Position numbers and translations under genes: made by a program. From SAR202 cluster bacterium (GTDB lineage Bacteria; Chloroflexota; Dehalococcoidia; Lucifugimonadales; UBA6927): 64,000 nucleotides of DNA. The notes under the pieces were generated by a model. That model was not told where the DNA came from. It saw nothing but the letters and a program-made list of their open reading frames with translations, and did no database searches. The stretch is from positions 3,987 to 67,986 of the forward strand of contig JAKUTX010000008.1 in NCBI GenBank assembly GCA_022447855.1, given 5' to 3'. Below, one piece after another: positions 47,319 through 56,896 of the stretch. How positions within the stretch are numbered: the stretch's first letter is position 1; each line of letters begins with the position of its first letter.

Positions 47319-48743
47319 CTATCTATTTTTTAATTTCCAAAGTCTTCGGAAACTAACTTTTGCAGGAATGGGAAAAGTCCTATATTCTGTCCAGCCTGAT
47401 AAATAGCCCGGAAGTTTTTTCAATCTTCCATTCTTTGAAAAAGGCAACAATATAACCCTCAAAAATTTCACGGAAAATCCCATCAACAATGGATTGCCTG
47501 CAATCTTTGAAAATCCTTTCATAAATCCTCTTTCGAAAACCGAAGAACTTTGAGTATCCAAATCATTATCACCTTCAGAAAGTTTTCTTCTTAAATGTAA
47601 TAACATCCTGGGAATATTAATTTTTACTGGACAAGCCTCATGGCAAGCACCGCATAAACTAGATGCAAAAGGCAAATCCTTAGCTTGCTTTAAATCTGTC
47701 AAAACAGGGGACACAATTGCTCCAATTGGTCCTGGATATACCCATCCGTATGAGTGTCCTCCCACTTTTCTGTATACAGGACAAGCATTCATACATGCTC
47801 CGCATCTAACACATAGTAAAGCTTCTCGTAACTCTGGATCTGACAATAATTTTGAGCGTCCATTATCAACTAATACTAAATGGAATTCCTCCGGACCATC
47901 TTCATCATATGAGCTTCTTGGTCCATTAATTGTAGTTACGTAACTTGAAATCCATTGACCAGTCGCAGAACGTATTAGCAACCTCAACAATGTACTTAAT
48001 TCATTCATTGTAGGAACAATCTTCTCCATACCAGTTACAGCGACATGAATTTTAGGCATAGAAGTACACATCCTGCCATTGCCTTCATTGCTTACCAACG
48101 CTACAGTACCAGTTTCCGCAACTACAAAATTCGCCCCAGTAACACCCATATCAGCTTGAAAAAATTTTTCCCTCAATTGGGATCTCGCGACTCCAGCCAA
48201 TTCATTTACATCAGATGACTTAGCAGCCCCCAATTTCTCAGAAAACAAATCAGCCACATCACTCCGATCCTTATGCATCGCCGGTGCAATTATATGAAAT
48301 GGAGTTTCATCTGCAAGTTGAATAATATATTCACCCAAATCAGTCTCAATAGGCTCAACATTATTTTGCTCCAATTTGGAATTCAAAGACATCTCTTCCG
48401 ACAGCATACTTTTACTTTTTATAACAGTCTTTACATTCTTAGATTTCGCCAACTCCACCACATAATTTGCAGCCTCGTCAGCATCACTAGCCAAATAAAA
48501 ATTTCCACCATTAGCAACTACTGCTTGTTCCAAAATCTCAATATAAAAATCAAGATTCTCAACAGTATGTTCTCGAATAGATCTTCCGTGTTCTCTTAAA
48601 TCTTCCCAATTATGAGTAGCAGAACCAGCTGCTATTCTTCTAGAATGAAATCCTTCATACAAAGCATTCAAATTAGCCTGTATTTTGGAATCATTCAAAG
48701 TATCTAATGCAATATCTCGAAATTTTTCTGTTACTGGTTTCAT
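47319..48743 (-). CDS. lutB: lactate utilization iron-sulfur protein LutB
   Basis: 474 aa. LUD domain plus two 4Fe-4S motifs, CVRCGACMNACP and CGACHEACP. Confidence 0.9.
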   Translation of the reverse strand: MKPVTEKFRDIALDTLNDSKIQANLNALYEGFHSRRIAAGSATHNWEDLREHGRSIREHTVENLDFYIEILEQAVVANGGNFYLASDADEAANYVVELAKSKNVKTVIKSKSMLSEEMSLNSKLEQNNVEPIETDLGEYIIQLADETPFHIIAPAMHKDRSDVADLFSEKLGAAKSSDVNELAGVARSQLREKFFQADMGVTGANFVVAETGTVALVSNEGNGRMCTSMPKIHVAVTGMEKIVPTMNELSTLLRLLIRSATGQWISSYVTTINGPRSSYDEDGPEEFHLVLVDNGRSKLLSDPELREALLCVRCGACMNACPVYRKVGGHSYGWVYPGPIGAIVSPVLTDLKQAKDLPFASSLCGACHEACPVKINIPRMLLHLRRKLSEGDNDLDTQSSSVFERGFMKGFSKIAGNPLLMGFSVKFLRVILLPFSKNGRLKKLPGYLSGWTEYRTFPIPAKVSFRRLWKLKNR

Positions 48744-48782
48744 CGAATCTCCAACTACTTACAACTCATTTGTAGATTTATT

Positions 48783-49529
48783 TCAGCCTAACCTATCGTG
48801 CAAAATTTCCGCAAAATGCATTACTTTTATCTTATCTCCTGCTTTCTCAATCCCTCCGCGTATATGCATCAAACAACTAGAATCTACCGAAGTCAGGATC
48901 TCCGCTTTTGAATTTCGCAACGCATGGATCTTATCACTCAACATTGCACCAGAAATCTCAGGAAATTTTACTGAGAATGTCCCACCAAATCCGCAACAAA
49001 CATCTTCTTGATCAAAATTAACCAATTCAACGTTTGATAGAGACCCCAACAAAGTAAGAGGCTGATTTAAAATATTCAATTCACGCAACGCATGACAAGC
49101 CTGATGATATGCGATTTTCAAAACACCTGAAGGAGAATTAGGAGAAACAAATTGATTCAAATCATCAATTTTCAACACGTTAAAAATAAAATCACTCAAT
49201 TCAAAAATTCTTGGCGAAATTTGCTCCCATTCTCTTAAAGCCGCATCATCATCTTTTAAGATTTCAGCATAAAATTTGCTAACCATTGCGGCACATGAGC
49301 CTGAAGGCAAAACAATATATTCAGAATCACTAAAATCTTGAAGAAATTTTTTGGCTAATGGTTTTGAATCATTCCAATAACCCGAATTAAACATTGGTTG
49401 ACCACAGCATGCTTGACCCTTAGGAAAGTCAACTTCAATACCTAATCGATTCAAAATTCCAAATGTGGATTCACCAATTTTTGGATAAAATTGATCAACA
49501 ATGCAGGTAACAAATAGTGAAGCTTTCAA
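48783..49529 (-). CDS. lutA: (Fe-S)-binding CCG-domain protein LutA
   Basis: 248 aa. Two CCG-type Cys motifs (ACCGQP, VCCGFGG). Confidence 0.85.
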   Translation of the reverse strand: MKASLFVTCIVDQFYPKIGESTFGILNRLGIEVDFPKGQACCGQPMFNSGYWNDSKPLAKKFLQDFSDSEYIVLPSGSCAAMVSKFYAEILKDDDAALREWEQISPRIFELSDFIFNVLKIDDLNQFVSPNSPSGVLKIAYHQACHALRELNILNQPLTLLGSLSNVELVNFDQEDVCCGFGGTFSVKFPEISGAMLSDKIHALRNSKAEILTSVDSSCLMHIRGGIEKAGDKIKVMHFAEILHDRLG

Positions 49530-49555
49530 AATTCACTCCTCTAAAACTACCGTCA

Positions 49556-49813
49556 CTATGTGACTATATAAATGCCCCTAAGCATAAAACCAACAATCCA
49601 GGAAGCAAGGAAAACAGGACCAGATGCAAAAAGCCAACCCTCAAAACCCTGTCTAGGTGCACCTTTACGCCACATGTAAATCAAATGTAAAACCATTCCT
49701 AACGTCAATATTCCTAAAGATTCAGCAGTTACTCCTAAGATTAATCCTAGAATCAAACCCGCAGAAGCCCAAAGTATAGGGGAATTAAATATTATGGCAC
49801 TTATTATTCGCAT
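49556..49813 (-). CDS. small hydrophobic membrane protein
   Basis: 85 aa with 2-3 predicted TM helices. Upstream of lutA on the same strand. Confidence 0.4.
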   Translation of the reverse strand: MRIISAIIFNSPILWASAGLILGLILGVTAESLGILTLGMVLHLIYMWRKGAPRQGFEGWLFASGPVFLASWIVGFMLRGIYIVT

Positions 49814-49897
49814 TGGGGATTAGGATACAATGTAAACTCACATGACGCAATCATGTCGCAAAAATTTCTATATATTCTATTTATAAGGTGAAATAAG

Positions 49898-50737
49898 GTG
49901 GGAATTCATATAAATCGATGGCAAAAAATTGTCCAACAACATCACGAACAATCAATCAAAGCACAGAAAAATTCATTATTTGCTGAGCCTAAGGATTTTT
50001 GGAAACCATTAACTGGTTTCTTTACTCAAGATCCAACTAGAACCTCGGATCCTGAAATTAATGCATTGCTAACTTACATTAAAGAAAATGACACAATCTT
50101 GGATGTTGGTGGCGGTGCTGGCCGATTAGCGCTGCCTATAGCACTAAAAAGTAAACACGTTAACATTGTTGACCCTAGCAAAGGAATGTTAGAAACATTA
50201 ACTAATACTGCCGAAAAGTTTGATATCACAAACATTCATACTACTCATTCAGAGTGGTTAGATACAAATGCAAAAACCGCAACGGTTGTTATTTGTGCTC
50301 ATGTTGTTTATGGCATATTTGAAATCTCGGAATTTATTGACAAGTTGTCATTACATGCTGATAGAGAAGTAATTTTGTTAGCTTTTGATGCTCCTCCAAT
50401 TTCATGGTTATCACCATTTTGGGAATTTGTATACAAAGAAAAAAGAGTAGCCGTTCCTGCATTGAAGGAACTTATGAATATTTTATGGGAAAAGAATATT
50501 TTCCCAGACATTGAAATGATTCAACCAGCTGAAGGCAAAAGACGACAAAGAGGTTACGATAACATAGAAGTTGCGGTAGAAAAAATTGCTCCAAGGATTT
50601 TTGTTTCTAAAGGAACTCCCCAAGAAAAAAACCTACAAAAAGCTATAAAAAAGTTAATGGTCGATACTGGGAATGGCTTAGAAATGATCGATAAAGGCCC
50701 AGAAAGGCATCTAGCAATTATTAGGTGGCTAACCTAA
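49898..50737 (+). CDS. class I SAM-dependent methyltransferase
   Basis: 279 aa. Motif I ILDVGGGAGRLALPIA. GTG start with AAGGTG 7 nt upstream. Confidence 0.75.
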   Translation: MGIHINRWQKIVQQHHEQSIKAQKNSLFAEPKDFWKPLTGFFTQDPTRTSDPEINALLTYIKENDTILDVGGGAGRLALPIALKSKHVNIVDPSKGMLETLTNTAEKFDITNIHTTHSEWLDTNAKTATVVICAHVVYGIFEISEFIDKLSLHADREVILLAFDAPPISWLSPFWEFVYKEKRVAVPALKELMNILWEKNIFPDIEMIQPAEGKRRQRGYDNIEVAVEKIAPRIFVSKGTPQEKNLQKAIKKLMVDTGNGLEMIDKGPERHLAIIRWLT

Positions 50738-50814
50738 GTTTAGGTATAAACAAAATTTTGTTAATTTTGTTTATACTAATATGACTTGAAATCGAAAAAT
50801 TTGCGGAGGAAATA

Positions 50815-51852
50815 TTGACCACTCCAATTTCTAATCCTTCAGAAATACTAGAATTTAATGAATATATCGATGTGATAAATCACTTCATAGATAGTGGTTG
50901 GACTGATGGTTTACCAATTATACCTCCCACTCAAGAATTAGTTGATAATTTTATTAATATCTCTGGAAGATCTGCATCTGAAATCCTTGGATCTGAACCT
51001 ACTAGAGGTAGAATTATTACGGTGGAAAAAGCTGCCATAAATTCTGTAATGGCTGGATGTTTACCCGAATATTTCCCTGTAATTATCGCCGCGTGTGAAG
51101 CGATGTGTGAACCAAAATTCAATCTACATGGAATCACAGCAAGTACGATGGGTGCTGCACCTCTTATATTGGTAAATGGTCCGATTTCTAGTAAATTGAA
51201 AATCAATTCTGGTTTCGGGTTATTCGGACCTGGTCATAGGGCAAACGCTACAATAGGTAGAGCAATCCGTCTTATTATAATTAATGCTACAGGCGCCGTA
51301 CCCGGAATTCTAGACAAAGCCACACTCGGTCATGCGGGGAAATATACTTGGTGTATCTCTGAATCGGAAAGTATTAGTAATTGGGATCCTTTGCAAGTTG
51401 AAAGAGGATTCGACAAATCTCAAAGCACTGTTACTCTATTTGCTGGATTATCTCCGATTCAAATTCAAAACCACGAAAGTAATTCTCCCCAAGGCATTGT
51501 CCAATCTTTTAAAGATGCAATGTTTACTTCTGGTAGTGGTCAGGAAGAAATCATAGTAATCCTCCCAGGTCAACATATGGGTCATATTACAAAATCCAAT
51601 TGGTCTAAAACTAAATTGCAGCAATGCTTTTATGATTCAACAATCAAACAAAATGATATAGAATGGAACAAAGCTTACGCCATGAGGGATTATATACCGG
51701 ACCCAGAATCACCTAAATCCGTAACTAGGTCACCCGAGGGAATTACTATTGTCCCAGCGGGTGGAGAAGCTGGTGGGTTCGCGCAACTTATTCCGCTTTG
51801 GGGTGGCGGGTCAAGCTCACAATCAGTGACTAAAGAAATACTAATCAATTAG
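50815..51852 (+). CDS. conserved-looking hypothetical protein (partner of the selenoprotein gene)
   Basis: 345 aa. TTG start with GGAGGA 5 nt upstream. Distinctive blocks WTDGLPIIPPT, HGITASTMGAAP and GPGHRANATIGRAIRL. No family I can name. Confidence 0.6.
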   Translation: MTTPISNPSEILEFNEYIDVINHFIDSGWTDGLPIIPPTQELVDNFINISGRSASEILGSEPTRGRIITVEKAAINSVMAGCLPEYFPVIIAACEAMCEPKFNLHGITASTMGAAPLILVNGPISSKLKINSGFGLFGPGHRANATIGRAIRLIIINATGAVPGILDKATLGHAGKYTWCISESESISNWDPLQVERGFDKSQSTVTLFAGLSPIQIQNHESNSPQGIVQSFKDAMFTSGSGQEEIIVILPGQHMGHITKSNWSKTKLQQCFYDSTIKQNDIEWNKAYAMRDYIPDPESPKSVTRSPEGITIVPAGGEAGGFAQLIPLWGGGSSSQSVTKEILIN

Positions 51853-51861
51853 GAGCATTTA

Positions 51862-52392
51862 ATGACTACCAAAATTAAAGTATTGAATCCCACTGTAAAA
51901 CCAATTTCTGAAGCTGGATTCCTTGCAAAACGACCTTCAAACTTAAAAGGTAAAAATTTGGGTCTTTTAGCTAATGGGAAAGAAAATTCTGAAGAATTGC
52001 TAGCATCAATTTCTGAAGTACTCTCAGACCATTTCGAATTCGGATCAATTATTAAAAGAAATAAAGGAAATGCTTCCAGGCCTTGCCCTGATAATTTAGT
52101 AGAAGAAATGGCAGAAGAGTGTGATGTAATCATAACTTCTAATGGTGACTGAGGTTCCTGTTCTTCGTGCAGTGTGTACGACGCCGTCGCATTTGAAAAA
52201 CTCAATGTTCCAGCTGCAGTAATTTGCACCGAACCATTTATATCTAGTGGAAAAGCAATGCTAGAAATTGTAAATCTTCCCGAATATCCTATGGCAATTG
52301 TTCCTCATCCAATAGGAAGTTTAAGCAAATCTGAATTGCGGGAAATGGCTATGAAAATAGCTCCTGAAATCATACAAATTTTGACAGACTGA
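51862..52392 (+). CDS. putative selenoprotein with U-G-S-C motif (TGA at 52150-52152 read as selenocysteine)
   Basis: Track ORFs 51862..52152 and 52174..52392 are in one frame, separated by a single TGA. Read-through gives ...ECDVIITSNGD-U-GSCSSCSVYDAVAFEKL... (176 aa). AGGAG lies 6 nt before the ATG. A hairpin follows the TGA. Confidence 0.7.
52165..52181 (+). promoter_or_regulatory. candidate bacterial SECIS hairpin
   Basis: UCGUGC-AGUGU-GUACGA, a 6-bp stem with a 5-nt G/U-containing loop, starting 13 nt after the UGA. Confidence 0.4.
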
Positions 52393-52402
52393 CCTTCAAA
52401 AA

Positions 52403-52687
52403 TTAGTCTGTTGAAAACCTTTGAGATTCCGGAGGCGTAGCCCACAATTCTTCAGCGCCTTTCATAGCCACAGATCGTTCTGGACTTCCTTTCCATTTAT
52501 CATAAATCTCTTCATTTTCCCAAATTACTAATGAAGTAATTTGGTTCGGATCTGATAAAGAATATAATGTACGTCGATGAACAAAACCTGGAGCCTTGCT
52601 TTGAGCTTCTCCATTTCCCTTTAACAAAGTATCTGCTTTTAAAAAGCAATCATTTTTAGCCCAATGATGAGTCAAAACACCTATCAT
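52403..52687 (-). CDS. ABM (antibiotic biosynthesis monooxygenase)-like small protein
   Basis: 94 aa. Ferredoxin-like pattern with SLVIWENEEIYDKWKGSPER, typical of ABM/Dabb domains. Confidence 0.5.
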   Translation of the reverse strand: MIGVLTHHWAKNDCFLKADTLLKGNGEAQSKAPGFVHRRTLYSLSDPNQITSLVIWENEEIYDKWKGSPERSVAMKGAEELWATPPESQRFSTD

Positions 52688-52788
52688 AACTACCTCCTGC
52701 TATTAAGCTAATTAATAAAAGTTTTTCCAATTAATGTAAAGTGATATTATGCTAAACTGAAATCATAAAAATTGCACTGGAGGAATTA

Positions 52789-53874
52789 ATGCCCACTCTA
52801 ACTGAACATGATATGCAACGAATTGCGTTTTCAATTCTTCACGCAGCAGGTGCACCAGAAGCACATGCAAAAACTGTAAGTGATCATTTGTCCTTGGCTA
52901 ATTTGTCAGGTCATGATTCACATGGATTTATAAGAATAATGCAGTATATACGTGATATTAAAAACGGAGGAGTTGTTCCCGATGCCAATCCTGAAACTGT
53001 CTTAGATTTCCAAGCGATTGCGCAATTAGACGGGAAAAAATCTTTTGGCCAAGTTGCAATGACTGCTGCAACAAAACTTGCAATTGAAAAAGCAAGAAAA
53101 TTTGGTATAGGAATGATCACAGTTAAAAACCTAGGCCATACTGGTCGCATAGGAACATATAATGAAATGATAGCCAGAGAAAACATGGTAGGACTAGTAT
53201 GTACTGGTTTTGCAGGAGCCAGTCAGGGAATCGTTTCCCCATTCGGAGGAAAGACAGGCAAACTAGGAACAAATCCAATTTCCTACACATTCCCTTCTGA
53301 TGAAGAAGGACCAATATTGCTAGATATGGCTACGAGTGTTGGAGCTGAAGGAAAACTTAGAGTATATAGAGCCAGAGGCCACGATCTTCCAGATAAATGG
53401 GTTTTAGACAGTGAAGGCAATCCTAGTGAAAATCCAAACGATTTTTACGAAGGAGGCGCAATTTTACCTGTCGGAGGTCTAGCAGGTGGCCATAAGGGAT
53501 TTGGGTTAGGTATGGTTGCTACCATATTGGGAGCAGTAATGGCAGAAACTGGTGATGACTCTGAAGGAACTGGAAGTATTTACGATGGTGGCGATGGTGG
53601 AATTAATGGATCGACCGTAATTGCAATCAATGCCGAAGCACTAGGACCAATCGATGAGACTAAGAAACGAATTAGCAACTTTGTGAAATTCTTAAAGGAT
53701 GTCGAACCAATGGATGGATCCGAAGGAGTCTTATATCCTGGTGAAGTAGAAATAAGAAACAGAGTTAACAAACGTGCATCAGGAGTCGAAATAGAAGACG
53801 CTACTTGGAATCAAGTTTGCGAACTAATTGATGAATATAATGTACGCGCAGAACTAGAACCTCTCCCAAATTAA
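52789..53874 (+). CDS. Ldh_2-family (malate/L-lactate/sulfolactate dehydrogenase type 2) oxidoreductase
   Basis: 361 aa. SGHDSHG, LGTNPIS and GGHKGFGLG motifs. Confidence 0.85.
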   Translation: MPTLTEHDMQRIAFSILHAAGAPEAHAKTVSDHLSLANLSGHDSHGFIRIMQYIRDIKNGGVVPDANPETVLDFQAIAQLDGKKSFGQVAMTAATKLAIEKARKFGIGMITVKNLGHTGRIGTYNEMIARENMVGLVCTGFAGASQGIVSPFGGKTGKLGTNPISYTFPSDEEGPILLDMATSVGAEGKLRVYRARGHDLPDKWVLDSEGNPSENPNDFYEGGAILPVGGLAGGHKGFGLGMVATILGAVMAETGDDSEGTGSIYDGGDGGINGSTVIAINAEALGPIDETKKRISNFVKFLKDVEPMDGSEGVLYPGEVEIRNRVNKRASGVEIEDATWNQVCELIDEYNVRAELEPLPN

Positions 53875-53896
53875 ATTCCCATAATTTTATAGTCGT

Positions 53897-53940
53897 ACAA
53901 AACACAACTCACTTTTTCAAGTGAGTTGTGTTTTGTTTAA
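53897..53940 (+). terminator. rho-independent terminator
   Basis: ACAAAACACAACTCAC-tttttcaa-GTGAGTTGTGTTTTGT, a perfect 16-bp stem followed by a T-rich tail, 22 nt after the stop. Confidence 0.8.
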
Positions 53941-54275
53941 AAAGATACACATCCGAATTTTTTAAGCATATATATCAAATAATTTAGTGTATGAACTTGA
54001 AAAACTATTACATAGATTCTTTTTAGAAGATTTAACTATCAAAACACGAAAGCAAAAATTCCTACATAAATTCCTATATGAGAAATATTGTGACGAAATA
54101 TGTTCATAAAATATAAATACTATACTAATAAATCCATTATTTTATATAAACCGAATTATTCATCCATAAATAATTTATAAATCTATACTAAATTTTTGCA
54201 AATGCATACACTTCATTGTAGAAAATGTGTATACTTCTAAAGGCCAAAACATTAACACTACAAAGAGAGGCAAAT

Positions 54276-55250
54276 GTGAAAACAGTTAGAAATATTTCAA
54301 ACCTTTTGAATCTGAACCCATTATTGGCAGTAGTTTTATTAATAGTCACAGTTCTAGCTATTATTACTTCTATCCCTGGGTGTTCTTCAGACTCGGAATC
54401 CGAAGAAACTAAAGTTAGTTCTGAAAATCCTATAACAGTCATTGACGCCCTAGGGCAAGAACTTTCATTTACTTCGGTTCCTGAAAAAATCGCTACAATA
54501 AGCCCTACTGCAACAGAAATGTTATACGCAGCTGGAGGAACATCAATTTTAAGAGATCGTGCTTCAAATTTCCCTTCTGAGGCTGCTTCACTACCAGACG
54601 TAGGTAGTGCATACAATCCATCAATAGAAACCATAATGAGTACTCAACCAGATTTAGTGATTATTGAGGCATTAACTCAAGCAAGGTTCGTGGGACCTTT
54701 AAGCCAGTCTGGACTCAAAGTATTAGCTGTAAAAGCTGAAACTAAGGAAGATATCATTAGTGGAATATCAAATCTGGGAACTATATTAAATACTGAAAAT
54801 ATAGCTAATAAGAAAACTGAAGATATTGTTGAAAGATTGGATGCCGCCAAAAGCGATGACGATAGAAGTGTTTTGATTCTTATTTCCGATCAGGACCAAA
54901 GTCTTTACGCTGCCCGTCCAGAATCTTATACTGGATTAATAGCTGAACTCGTGGGATTACATAACAAAGCTGAAGGGTTACCTGATTCAGGACCATTCCC
55001 CGGGTTTGCTCTAGTATCCCCCGAATTTATTTTAGGTGCTGATCCTGATATCATTTTGACAATTAGTCCTGCACCAGAGCCTGCTCCTAGATTGTCGGAC
55101 TCTATTAAACGTATACCTCCTTTTGCGAGATTGACTGCAATTCAACAGAATAATGTATTCGAAGCAGACGTGACCTTATTTCTACAATCCCCTGGACCAC
55201 GAATCGTTGATGCAGTAGAATTTTTAGATCAGAAGGTGAATTCTAACTAA
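54276..55250 (+). CDS. iron-chelate/cobalamin-type ABC transporter substrate-binding lipoprotein
   Basis: Signal peptide with lipobox IPGC. Periplasmic-binding-protein type 2 pattern (PEKIATISPTATEMLYAAG...PDLVI). GTG at 54276 preferred (AGAGAGG upstream). Confidence 0.8.
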   Translation: MKTVRNISNLLNLNPLLAVVLLIVTVLAIITSIPGCSSDSESEETKVSSENPITVIDALGQELSFTSVPEKIATISPTATEMLYAAGGTSILRDRASNFPSEAASLPDVGSAYNPSIETIMSTQPDLVIIEALTQARFVGPLSQSGLKVLAVKAETKEDIISGISNLGTILNTENIANKKTEDIVERLDAAKSDDDRSVLILISDQDQSLYAARPESYTGLIAELVGLHNKAEGLPDSGPFPGFALVSPEFILGADPDIILTISPAPEPAPRLSDSIKRIPPFARLTAIQQNNVFEADVTLFLQSPGPRIVDAVEFLDQKVNSN

Positions 55251-55256
55251 CAATTT

Positions 55257-56228
55257 ATGCAAATATCAGTCCAATATTTTATCTTAGGGTTAATTATTTT
55301 TGGTTTGGTTCTAGTAGGGATTTTTACAGGACCATCAGATTTTTCAATAAAAGAAATGTTTGATGGGTTACTAAGAAAAAATGATCACATCTCTCAAGTT
55401 ATTATATGGGATATGAGAATTCCCCGAATATTAGCAAGCATAATAGTTGGTAATTGTTTAGGACTTGCTGGAGTGTTGATACAGTTATCTACCAGAAGTT
55501 CTCTAGGAGACCCCAATCTATTTGGAATAGGTGGAGGTGCCGCAATATTCATTGCCGCTGGATTTGGAGGATTATTTGTAATTAGTAGTTTCTTTTCTCT
55601 AATTGGTTGCATTATTTCATCAACATTAGTTGCACTAGGACTATCAATGTTAATTTCAACTCCTAACCTTTCTGCCACAAAACTTGCATTAATGGGTATA
55701 GCTGTTGCCGCTCTTACAATTTCAATTGGAACAGCAATAATTTCTCACGGGAGAGTTTTTCCTTCTCAGATCATTGGGTTAGTTTCAGGATCCTTCAGCT
55801 CTAGCAACTGGGAAAATGTTTTTTATCTTTTAATTATTTTTTGCATATGTTTCGCAATCTCAATATGTCTGGCAAGAAAATTTTTTGCAATAATGCTAGG
55901 CGATATTCTCACAAAATCCTTAGGAGTGAATCCTATAAAAATCAGATTGTTCGCCATGACAATTGTAGGAGTCCTTTCCGGAGTCTCAGTTTTTTCAGGA
56001 GGCATAATTGGATTTGTAGGATTAGTTTCGCCTCATATTTCTAGAAGGTTATTTGGGAATTCAACGATAAACTTAATAATAAGTTCCTCAATAATTGGAG
56101 GATTAATCACATTATTTGCTGATCAATTAGCGCGTCTATTATTCGCCCCTTCAGAACTTCCAGTAGGTCTAGCAACAACAATTTTAGGTGCCCCAACAAT
56201 GATGTATCTAGCTTTAAAAGTAAAATGA
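55257..56228 (+). CDS. FecCD-family ABC transporter permease
   Basis: 323 aa, polytopic. RIPRILASIIVG, LGDPNLFGIGGGA and GFVGLVSPHISR motifs. Confidence 0.9.
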   Translation: MQISVQYFILGLIIFGLVLVGIFTGPSDFSIKEMFDGLLRKNDHISQVIIWDMRIPRILASIIVGNCLGLAGVLIQLSTRSSLGDPNLFGIGGGAAIFIAAGFGGLFVISSFFSLIGCIISSTLVALGLSMLISTPNLSATKLALMGIAVAALTISIGTAIISHGRVFPSQIIGLVSGSFSSSNWENVFYLLIIFCICFAISICLARKFFAIMLGDILTKSLGVNPIKIRLFAMTIVGVLSGVSVFSGGIIGFVGLVSPHISRRLFGNSTINLIISSSIIGGLITLFADQLARLLFAPSELPVGLATTILGAPTMMYLALKVK

Positions 56229-56833
56229 CGATAACAATTAAAAATTTAACCGTTGAATTAGAAGATATAAAAATATTACATAATATTTCAATTCAAATAC
56301 CCATCAAGTCATTTACCTGTATTTTGGGTGAAAATGGGGCTGGAAAATCAACTTTATTACGTGTAATTGCTAATGACATTTCTGACTATTCTGGATTCAT
56401 ATCAAGAATCAAGGAAACAGATTTAGTATACCTCCCTCAAAACATAGAATCTCCTCCATTTTTAACTGCATCCGAGATAGTTTCTTTAGGTTTCTACAAT
56501 TCCAAATTCACAAAGCAAAAAGTTACTCATCTTTCAAACGAATTAATTGAAACATGTGGAATCTCAAAGATAAAAAATCAACTTTTTGAAAATATCTCAT
56601 CAGGAGAAAAACAACGAGTATGGATCGCATTTGCACTTGCACAATCTAAAGATTTCATATTAATGGATGAACCACTTTCATCCGTAGATACTGATTCAAG
56701 AAAAGGTTTCTACGAATTACTCAAAGGGATCGTAGAGTCAGGGAAAACCATAATCCTTGTAAGTCATCACATTGAAGATGTGACTATATACGCAGACAAT
56801 ATAATCAGACTTGAAAAAGGATGCGTTGTCTGA
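56225..56833 (+). CDS. ABC transporter ATP-binding protein (compact)
   Basis: 202 aa. Walker A GENGAGKST, signature SSGEKQR, Walker B ILMDEP, H-loop VSHH. The start overlaps the permease stop (ATGA). Confidence 0.9.
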   Translation: MTITIKNLTVELEDIKILHNISIQIPIKSFTCILGENGAGKSTLLRVIANDISDYSGFISRIKETDLVYLPQNIESPPFLTASEIVSLGFYNSKFTKQKVTHLSNELIETCGISKIKNQLFENISSGEKQRVWIAFALAQSKDFILMDEPLSSVDTDSRKGFYELLKGIVESGKTIILVSHHIEDVTIYADNIIRLEKGCVV

Positions 56834-56896
56834 AATTTTGCCTCAACGTATATATTAAAATAAAATAATGAAAAATTTTGAAAGTGATATAGTTTT

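Noticed and set aside
52150-52152. Alternative explanations for the in-frame TGA: a TGA-sense genetic code, or a pseudogene.
   Set aside because: - Many well-defined genes in the window terminate at TGA at the expected length (purD, hisC and the PLC-fold gene), so the code is standard.
- The downstream 79 codons stay open and protein-like, and the TGA falls in a U-x-x-C context followed by a hairpin. Recoding is therefore more likely than decay.
- A pseudogene is not fully excluded.
51849-52229. 126-aa minus-strand ORF overlapping the end of the 345-aa gene and the selenoprotein gene.
   Set aside because: It is antisense to a plus-strand gene that has an RBS, a conserved-looking motif structure and operon context. 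It has no RBS and an odd composition. It is a shadow ORF.
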